Source: a virus (taxonomy: Duplodnaviria; Caudoviricetes). From it: a stretch of 56,931 bases of DNA. Location: positions 1 to 56,931 of IMG/VR virus record IMGVR_UViG_3300011114_000582. One strand, given 5' to 3'. This document shows, one piece after another, positions 50,620 through 56,931 of the stretch (its first letter is position 1; every line of letters starts with the position of its first letter). A model generated the notes under the pieces. The model ran no database searches, was not told the DNA's origin, and worked only from the letters and a program-made list of their open reading frames with translations. Position numbers and translations under genes: made by a program.

Positions 50620-50940
50620 TTGTTCCACCGTTCCACAATGATGGAACGCCAGATGGAACGCTTCTCCCATTCGAAAAAAGACCCGGTGTTCCATTGTTAC
50701 ACACGCACGCGGGGGTATTGCCCTGTCAACGGCATGGTTTAATATATATGGGTATATGATGGAACGATGGTACACGGGCTGTGTGTCTCGAAACCCGCGT
50801 CGGACGGGGCTTGTGAGGCAGTAGTGCGTTCCATCGCCGTTCCATCATTATGGAACAAACCACAGTCTTCAGACGTCGAATATTCTTCCACCACCACTCA
50901 GGGCCTCTCTGATCCTTCCTCGTGTACGCGCATGAAAGCT
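50620..50940. repeat. Non-coding element B; inverted homologue of 29383-29667
   Basis: About nine GTTCCA/TGGAAC hexamers, GTTCCA-N6-TGGAAC dyads at 50630 and 50839, central imperfect hairpin. Confidence 0.8.
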
Positions 50941-51038
50941 TTATAACTCCGGGTTATGTTCAGCCGCTTGCTCATAACGCCCGGTCATACAACACGGCAT
51001 ATTGTGTGGCTCGTGGCATCTGTGTTTTAATTCGCCCC

Positions 51039-51698
51039 ATGGCCTTACCAGACGAACGCAAACTGCTAAAAGATATCGGATCGGAGACGATTGCCGAATA
51101 CGAGCGTCGTGCCGGGATCTCTGTGCAAACACTGCTGGACGCCCTTGTGCGTGACCGCGTGCGGCACCCACCCAGTGATTCTAGCCAGCTGGCGCACTCG
51201 CCCACGTGCAACGACCCGACGCTGAAAGCGATCGGCGACCTTGCACTGCTCGAGGAAACGCGAGCGTACAAAATGCTCCAGATCATCGCCGAATTTCGCG
51301 ATGGTCCGCCCGAGGCGCGATTTTCCTTACGTCATGCTTACACCACGGCGGGCATCCACCGGCAAACGCTGATTGGGTGGCGGCACGACCACAAGCTATT
51401 CGACAGTGTGATGGACAGCATTCAGGAAGAAATGGTCGACACAATGCGTGCGGAAGCGTACCGCCGCTCGGTGATCGGACACGACGAGCCGCTGGTACAC
51501 CAAGGTCTCAAGACCGGCGACACTGTGAAAAAGTTCAGTGATTCATTGCTCCAGTTCACCCTCATGGGGTACGATGCGAAATTCCGCTCGAAAGATGTCA
51601 ACATGAACGTGTCGGGCCAGCTGGACTCGAACATCAATATTGAGGGTCTCCGTGATCGACTTGCCCAACGTCTTAACTCGCGCTCAAAGGCGGAGTAA
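51039..51698 (+). CDS. terS: Terminase small subunit
   Basis: HTH-like AGIHRQTLIGWR, EAYRRSVIGHDEP, KKFSDSLLQFTL; directly upstream of terL. Confidence 0.75.
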   Translation: MALPDERKLLKDIGSETIAEYERRAGISVQTLLDALVRDRVRHPPSDSSQLAHSPTCNDPTLKAIGDLALLEETRAYKMLQIIAEFRDGPPEARFSLRHAYTTAGIHRQTLIGWRHDHKLFDSVMDSIQEEMVDTMRAEAYRRSVIGHDEPLVHQGLKTGDTVKKFSDSLLQFTLMGYDAKFRSKDVNMNVSGQLDSNINIEGLRDRLAQRLNSRSKAE

Positions 51699-53088
51699 AA
51701 AGTCAACGATCGTTGATTCGGCGAACTGGCACGAGTTCGTGGACGAGCTGTCGGACCGCGAAGCACTCGAACTCTTTTACGACTGGCAAACGTGGGCACG
51801 TCCCAACCAGATGCTCCCACCCGGCACCGACTGGACCGTGTGGATGATCCTCGCCGGACGGGGCTGGGGCAAAACCCGCTGTGGTGCCGAATTCGTGCGC
51901 TACCACGCCGAGAACGGACTGGCGGGCCGCATTGCACTGATTGCCGAGGACGCGGGGGACGCTCGCGACGTGATGGTCGAGGGCGAATCGGGCATCTTGG
52001 CCATCTCGCACCCCAAATGCAAACCGGTATTCGTCCCCTCCAAACGGCGACTCGAGTGGCCCAACGGCGCGATCGCCACGATCTACTCGGACAACGACCC
52101 CGAGACACTGCGCGGCCCCCAGCACGATTTGGCGTGGGTGGACGAACTGGCGAAATTCCGCAACGCCGAGGATATGTGGTCCAACCTGATGTTCGGCCTT
52201 CGCCTTGGCCAAAAGCCCCGCGTTTGCGTGACCACGACGCCCAAGCCCATCCCCATCGTCCGTCGCCTGATCTCCGAGGAGAGGGTCTACGTCACCACGG
52301 GCACGACACACGAGAATTTCAATAACCTCGCCCCCACGTTTCGCGACGAAATCATCTCGCAGTACGAGGGCACACGCATTGGGCGGCAAGAGCTGTACGC
52401 GGAGGTCATTGACCCCGAAGACTACGGTATCGTCAAGCGCGAGTGGTTCAAGCTGTGGGATGCGAACAAGCCACTGCCCGAATTCATCTACGTGCTCCAG
52501 TCCTACGACTGCGCGTACACTGAAAAGACGCAAAACGATCCGACCGCGTGTTCCGTGTGGGGCATCTTCCGGCCGAACGAGGACAGCGGGCTGTGTGCCA
52601 TGCTCATCGACTGCTGGGAGGACTTCCTCGCGTACCCCGACCTCCGACCCAAGATCATCGACGAGTACGGCTCGATCTACGGCGAACCCGGCAAAAAGGT
52701 AGACCTCGTGCTCGTTGAGGACAAGGCGTCGGGCATCAGCATTTTGCAGGACCTCCAGCGTGCCGGGGTGCCGTGCCGCGCCTACAACCCGGGCCGTGCC
52801 GACAAGGTCCAGCGTTTGCACTTGGTGGCCAACATCATCGCCCACGGCCGCGTCTACATTCCCGAGTCGCTCGTCCACCGGGGCCAGCCACGCGACTGGG
52901 CCGAGCCGCTGGTGAGCCAAGTGTGCTCGTTCCCCGAGGCGGACCGCGATGACCTGACCGACACGCTGTCGCAAGCACTCCGACTGCTGAAAGATATGTC
53001 GTTCCTGCAAATCGACCCGGTGGCACCGGACAACGATTACGTGGACGACGAGTACAGACCGAACCGAGGAAATCCTTATGCCCAGTAG
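51652..53088 (+). CDS. terL: Terminase large subunit
   Basis: ILAGRGWGKT Walker A, LRGPQHDLAWVDE Walker B, TTTP, SYDCA, VEDKASG, DDLTDTLSQ nuclease. Confidence 0.95.
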   Translation: MIDLPNVLTRAQRRSKKSTIVDSANWHEFVDELSDREALELFYDWQTWARPNQMLPPGTDWTVWMILAGRGWGKTRCGAEFVRYHAENGLAGRIALIAEDAGDARDVMVEGESGILAISHPKCKPVFVPSKRRLEWPNGAIATIYSDNDPETLRGPQHDLAWVDELAKFRNAEDMWSNLMFGLRLGQKPRVCVTTTPKPIPIVRRLISEERVYVTTGTTHENFNNLAPTFRDEIISQYEGTRIGRQELYAEVIDPEDYGIVKREWFKLWDANKPLPEFIYVLQSYDCAYTEKTQNDPTACSVWGIFRPNEDSGLCAMLIDCWEDFLAYPDLRPKIIDEYGSIYGEPGKKVDLVLVEDKASGISILQDLQRAGVPCRAYNPGRADKVQRLHLVANIIAHGRVYIPESLVHRGQPRDWAEPLVSQVCSFPEADRDDLTDTLSQALRLLKDMSFLQIDPVAPDNDYVDDEYRPNRGNPYAQ

Positions 53089-54280
53089 CCCACTCGACGA
53101 ACTGTTGCAAGGTGTGGACCCAATGGACGCGGCCACGATATTTGCCGGTGTGCGCAACACTGTGCCGCTGGCCATGGCATTTCGCTCCGGCGAACTTAAC
53201 ACGGGCGAAATGGAGGAGCTGGCCAAGCGTCGAGGATCGGCCACAATCGACGCCCCGCGACCCCTCAGCCCGGACGAGGTGAATCGCCGAGCGCGGATGG
53301 ATTTCGAGATGCAGTACCCCGACCCGCGCATCCGCGAATTGCTCATCGCCGAAATGCTGAAGGAAGCACGCAATCCGTACAGCCCGACGACTGCGACTCG
53401 CCGCAAGGATTTCGAGGAAGCCCCGATGTCGGCCCCGCATTCACTGCGTGCCGCACCGAAGAAATACGCCAACGGTGGTGCGATCGATTTCTCCATACCC
53501 GACATGGCTGACGGTGGTCAGTTCATCCCCGACCCCCAGCCCTACAACAAGGGCGGTAGTGTAGCCAAGTCGCTGGACCAGATGGCGGCGGAGATGATGC
53601 AAAAGGGCGTGAAGCTCGAATCGCCCGCACGTCGTGGATTTCTCGGCCTTGGTAAGGCGGCGGATTTCCCACTCGCCAAGATGGACACCAAGGCACTGGA
53701 GCGGATGCAGTCCGAGATGCGGGGTGCGCCAGCCGTCACTGAGAAGACTGTGACCGTTGATCCCGGCAAAGGCGCGGCAAAGTCTACGCTCAAATCAATC
53801 AGCGAAACGCCCATGACTCGCCGCGAGGTCCTGCAATCGGCCGCTGGTCAGGCAATGCGCGGCGTGCTCCCCGATCTGGGTGGCATGGGCGAGGTGGCCA
53901 AGATCGCCGAGACTGCGGCACCCGCGTTCTCCTTTGACATGGTCCCCGCGCTGGTCGCCGAGGCTGTGCGCAAGGGCATGAGCGAAGAGCAAGCGATGGC
54001 CTTCATCCGTGGCATGATGCCAGCCGCCGAGAAGCGATTCCGCATCGAGGACATGTACGACGCGTACAAAAATCCCGAATTCTTCACCGCACTGGAGGGT
54101 AAGGCTGGCCCCGGCGAAGTGATGCGTAGCATGATGGGAGCGTTGCCCGAGTCGCTGACTGGTGCGCCCCTTTCGAGCATTAGGCCGCAGATTCGTGCGA
54201 TGCGCGAGCGTGCGCCAGAAGTGTACGACCAGCTACGGCAGACAGCGAAAGACATTGGTGAGTATGGTCACGAGAACTAA
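53078..54280 (+). CDS. Hypothetical protein between terL and portal with xxGG motifs and internal twin-Arg-like motifs; probable internal virion protein
   Basis: YANGG, MADGG, YNKGG; ARRGFL, TRREVL. Confidence 0.65.
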   Translation: MPSSPLDELLQGVDPMDAATIFAGVRNTVPLAMAFRSGELNTGEMEELAKRRGSATIDAPRPLSPDEVNRRARMDFEMQYPDPRIRELLIAEMLKEARNPYSPTTATRRKDFEEAPMSAPHSLRAAPKKYANGGAIDFSIPDMADGGQFIPDPQPYNKGGSVAKSLDQMAAEMMQKGVKLESPARRGFLGLGKAADFPLAKMDTKALERMQSEMRGAPAVTEKTVTVDPGKGAAKSTLKSISETPMTRREVLQSAAGQAMRGVLPDLGGMGEVAKIAETAAPAFSFDMVPALVAEAVRKGMSEEQAMAFIRGMMPAAEKRFRIEDMYDAYKNPEFFTALEGKAGPGEVMRSMMGALPESLTGAPLSSIRPQIRAMRERAPEVYDQLRQTAKDIGEYGHEN

Positions 54281-54314
54281 GCCGTGTTAAAATCGCACAT
54301 ATTAAAGGCTGACT

Positions 54315-56813
54315 ATGGCAACTGAATTCCCACAACCGCAGATGGAAGCACCCGCAGGTCCAGAGGACACGCAGGGTATGGTGTTCGACCTTGACATGGA
54401 GGACCCCTACGCCGAAGTCGAGGAGCAACCCGACGGCTCCGCAATCGTGCGGATGGACGAATTCAAAGGGCCGACCGAAGATCGCGATTTCTACGCGAAT
54501 CTGGCCGACGAACTCGACCCGTGGAAGCTGGACAAGCTGGCGATGCACTACCTCGATCTGATCGAGAAGGACAAAGAGGCGCGCAAAGAGCGGGACAAGC
54601 AGTACGAAGAGGGCCTGAAACGCACAGGACTCGGACACGACGCCCCCGGTGGTGCGCAGTTCCAAGGTGCGAGCAAGGTGGTGCACCCCGTGATGGCTGA
54701 GGCCTGTATTGATTTCGAATCGCGTGCCATTAAAGAGCTGTTCCCACCGGATGGCCCAGTACGCACGAACATCCTCGGCGAAGTTACCGAAGAAGAGACC
54801 AAGCGTGCAGAACGCAAGCGCGACTTCATGAATTGGCAACTCACCGAGCAGATCGAGGAATTCCGCGACGAGCAGGAGCAGATGCTGACTCAGTTGCCAC
54901 TCGGCGGCTCGCAGTTCATGAAGCTGTGGTACGACGAGCGCAAAAAGCGACCCTGCGCTGAATTTGTGGCGATCGACAACATCCTACTGCCTTTCTCGGC
55001 TGGTAATTTCTACACTGCACAGCGTGTGACTGAGGTGCAGGACATCACCCAGCAGGAATTCGAGTCGCGCATGGCATCGGGCCTCTACCGCGACGTGACT
55101 TTCACTCGCGCCAGCATGGAACCCGAGCCGACCTCCCCCGAGAAAGCGAATAACAAAATCGAGGGTAAGCAGTGGAGTGACGACACGGACGGTTTGCGTC
55201 GCGTGTACCACATCTACGCGTTTATCGCCGAGGAGGATGATTCGCACTCGAAAGGCGAACTCGCACCCTATGTGCTCATGATCGACGAGAACAACACTGA
55301 AGTCGTCGGTATGTACCGGAACTGGGAAGAGGGCGACGAGGCGATGACGAAGCTCGACCACATTATCGAGTTCAAGTTCATCCCATGGCGTGGTGCCTAC
55401 GCGATTGGTCTCCCACATTTGATCGGTGGACTGTCTGCCGCGATCACTGGTGGCTTGCGTGCTTTGCTCGACACGGCACACATTAACAACGCCGCCACGA
55501 TGCTCAAGATTAAGGGCGCAAAGATCTCGGGACAGTCGCAGAACGTCGAAGTGACTCAAGTGACCGAGATCGAAGGTGCGCCGGGTGTGGACGATATCCG
55601 CAAGATTGCCATGCCGATGCCTTTCAACCCACCGAGCGAGGTGCTCTTCAAGCTCGTGGGCTTCCTGACCGACGCCGCAAAGGGTGTGGTGACTACCTCC
55701 GAGGAGAAAATCGCGGAGCTGAATGCCAACACACCAGTCGGCACGACTCAGGCGATGATCGAGCAAGGCTCGAAGGTATTCTCGGCTATTCACGCACGAC
55801 TGCACGACTCTCAATCGCGTGTCCTGAAGGTACTTCAGCGTATCAATCGCTGGTATCTGGAAGAGATGCGAATGGGCGACGTGGTGCAAGAGCTGGACAT
55901 TCGACGCGAAGACTTCAATCGCAATACCGACGTGATACCGGTGAGCGATCCGCACATCTTCTCCGAGACTCAGCGCATGGCCCAGACCCAAGCGGTGATG
56001 GCCTACATGGACAAGTACCCCGATCTTTTCGATCGTCGTGCAGTGGTCCAACGTGCTCTGAAGCAGATGAAGATACCAAACGTGCAGGAATTGATGCCCG
56101 CGACTGCCGAGCCAATGGAGATCAACGCGGCGGAGGAAAATGCGGCAATGTCGATTGGTCGTGCCGCGTACGCTTACCCGCACCAGAACCAACTGGCGCA
56201 CATCCAAAGCCACCTCGATTTCGCGCTGAACCCAATGCTGGGGTCCAATCCGATCATCGCGCCAGCGTTCTTGCCCGCTTTCCTCGAGCACTTCAAGCAA
56301 CACTTGATGCTCTGGTACCTCGGCCACATGAATGGCTATGTCGAGGAATCGCTTGGCCGTCCTGTGAAGGACTACGACATCGCAGGGATTACCGGAGAGA
56401 TCGACAAGCTGTACGCACTGGCGTCCCAACACACCCAGATGGATGCGAAAGAAGCGTTTGCGAAGGTCATGCCCGCAATGCAGAACATTTTGCAGATGGT
56501 GCAGAAGCTCAAGCCACAGCCACAGATGGACGGCTCGGATCAGGTGATCCTCCAGACGTCGATGGCCGAGACCAAGCGACGTGCAGAACGCGACGCAAAA
56601 GAGCTGGCACTCGAAGAAGAGCGCATCAAAAACGACGCATTGAGCAAAAATCGCGAACAGCAGATCAAGATCGCGCTGAACGCATCCGATAACTTGACCG
56701 AGGAACGGATCAAGACTGCAGAATTGACGCACGACGCGGCGATTCTGAAGCACGAGCAGGAGCAGACTGCATTGGCCGCGCAAGAGAGCGCACAACGAAC
56801 TTTAGGAGTGTAA
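54315..56813 (+). CDS. Portal protein
   Basis: 832 aa after terL; GASKVVHPVMAEA, LPLGGSQFMKLWYD, YAIGLPHLIGGL, PVGTTQAMIEQGSKVFSAIHARLH, C-terminal coiled coil. Confidence 0.85.
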   Translation: MATEFPQPQMEAPAGPEDTQGMVFDLDMEDPYAEVEEQPDGSAIVRMDEFKGPTEDRDFYANLADELDPWKLDKLAMHYLDLIEKDKEARKERDKQYEEGLKRTGLGHDAPGGAQFQGASKVVHPVMAEACIDFESRAIKELFPPDGPVRTNILGEVTEEETKRAERKRDFMNWQLTEQIEEFRDEQEQMLTQLPLGGSQFMKLWYDERKKRPCAEFVAIDNILLPFSAGNFYTAQRVTEVQDITQQEFESRMASGLYRDVTFTRASMEPEPTSPEKANNKIEGKQWSDDTDGLRRVYHIYAFIAEEDDSHSKGELAPYVLMIDENNTEVVGMYRNWEEGDEAMTKLDHIIEFKFIPWRGAYAIGLPHLIGGLSAAITGGLRALLDTAHINNAATMLKIKGAKISGQSQNVEVTQVTEIEGAPGVDDIRKIAMPMPFNPPSEVLFKLVGFLTDAAKGVVTTSEEKIAELNANTPVGTTQAMIEQGSKVFSAIHARLHDSQSRVLKVLQRINRWYLEEMRMGDVVQELDIRREDFNRNTDVIPVSDPHIFSETQRMAQTQAVMAYMDKYPDLFDRRAVVQRALKQMKIPNVQELMPATAEPMEINAAEENAAMSIGRAAYAYPHQNQLAHIQSHLDFALNPMLGSNPIIAPAFLPAFLEHFKQHLMLWYLGHMNGYVEESLGRPVKDYDIAGITGEIDKLYALASQHTQMDAKEAFAKVMPAMQNILQMVQKLKPQPQMDGSDQVILQTSMAETKRRAERDAKELALEEERIKNDALSKNREQQIKIALNASDNLTEERIKTAELTHDAAILKHEQEQTALAAQESAQRTLGV

Positions 56814-56931
56814 TTATGGCTACCAGCGACACAGAACAAATGGGTCAAGATGTACGTTATCACAAGCGTTTGGCTATGGGCGCGAAGCTCGATGGCTCCT
56901 CGCTTGGTGCTAAAGAACCCGCGAAGACGCC
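56805..56931. repeat. Terminal direct repeat, copy 2
   Basis: Identical to 1-127. Confidence 0.95.

Noticed and set aside
50620-50860. GTTCCA/TGGAAC repeats as a mini CRISPR array
   Set aside because: Repeats are only 6-7 nt, in mixed orientation and irregularly spaced; no cas genes.
51703-53505. 600-aa minus-strand ORF
   Set aside because: Antisense shadow of terL caused by codon bias; no motifs or RBS.
54984-56795. 603-aa minus-strand ORF
   Set aside because: Antisense shadow of the portal gene.
1-56931. tRNA, rRNA, integrase, transposase or phage RNA polymerase genes
   Set aside because: None recognisable by eye; a tRNAscan/HMM pass would be needed to exclude divergent ones.

Overview
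The window is an apparently complete tailed-phage genome of about 56,804 bp; bases 1-127 recur exactly at 56805-56931, an assembly circularisation overlap. Essentially all credible genes are on the + strand. The morphogenesis arm (about 51.0 kb through the join to 29.3 kb) runs terS, terL, portal, GroES-like, scaffold, major capsid, adaptor/tail tube-type proteins, Gly-rich/FN3 fibres, lysis genes and four large internal/ejection proteins; no tape measure is recognisable, so it looks podovirus-like. The replication/early arm (29.8-50.5 kb) has an AEP primase, SNF2 and UvrD helicases and a full 2-aminoadenine (Z-genome) toolkit: DpoZ-type PolA, PurZ, MazZ, DatZ. Directly after it come an NrdR-like Zn ribbon, an intact HDAC-family deacetylase, a possible GNAT-like protein and many small early genes behind near-consensus sigma70 promoters that share a CAC(C/T)GTG-like box. 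The most unusual signals are: (i) two diverged ~300-bp non-coding elements in inverted orientation that bracket the whole replication/early arm, built from GTTCCA-N6-TGGAAC dyads around a central hairpin that is flipped relative to its flanks; (ii) an HDAC plus GNAT-like pair beside the Z cluster; (iii) a [FYMLH]-[KA]-x-G-G peptide motif shared by several virion-type proteins and the GNAT-like protein; (iv) apparent genome-wide CCWGG avoidance. All family assignments come from motif recognition by eye; no database search was run.
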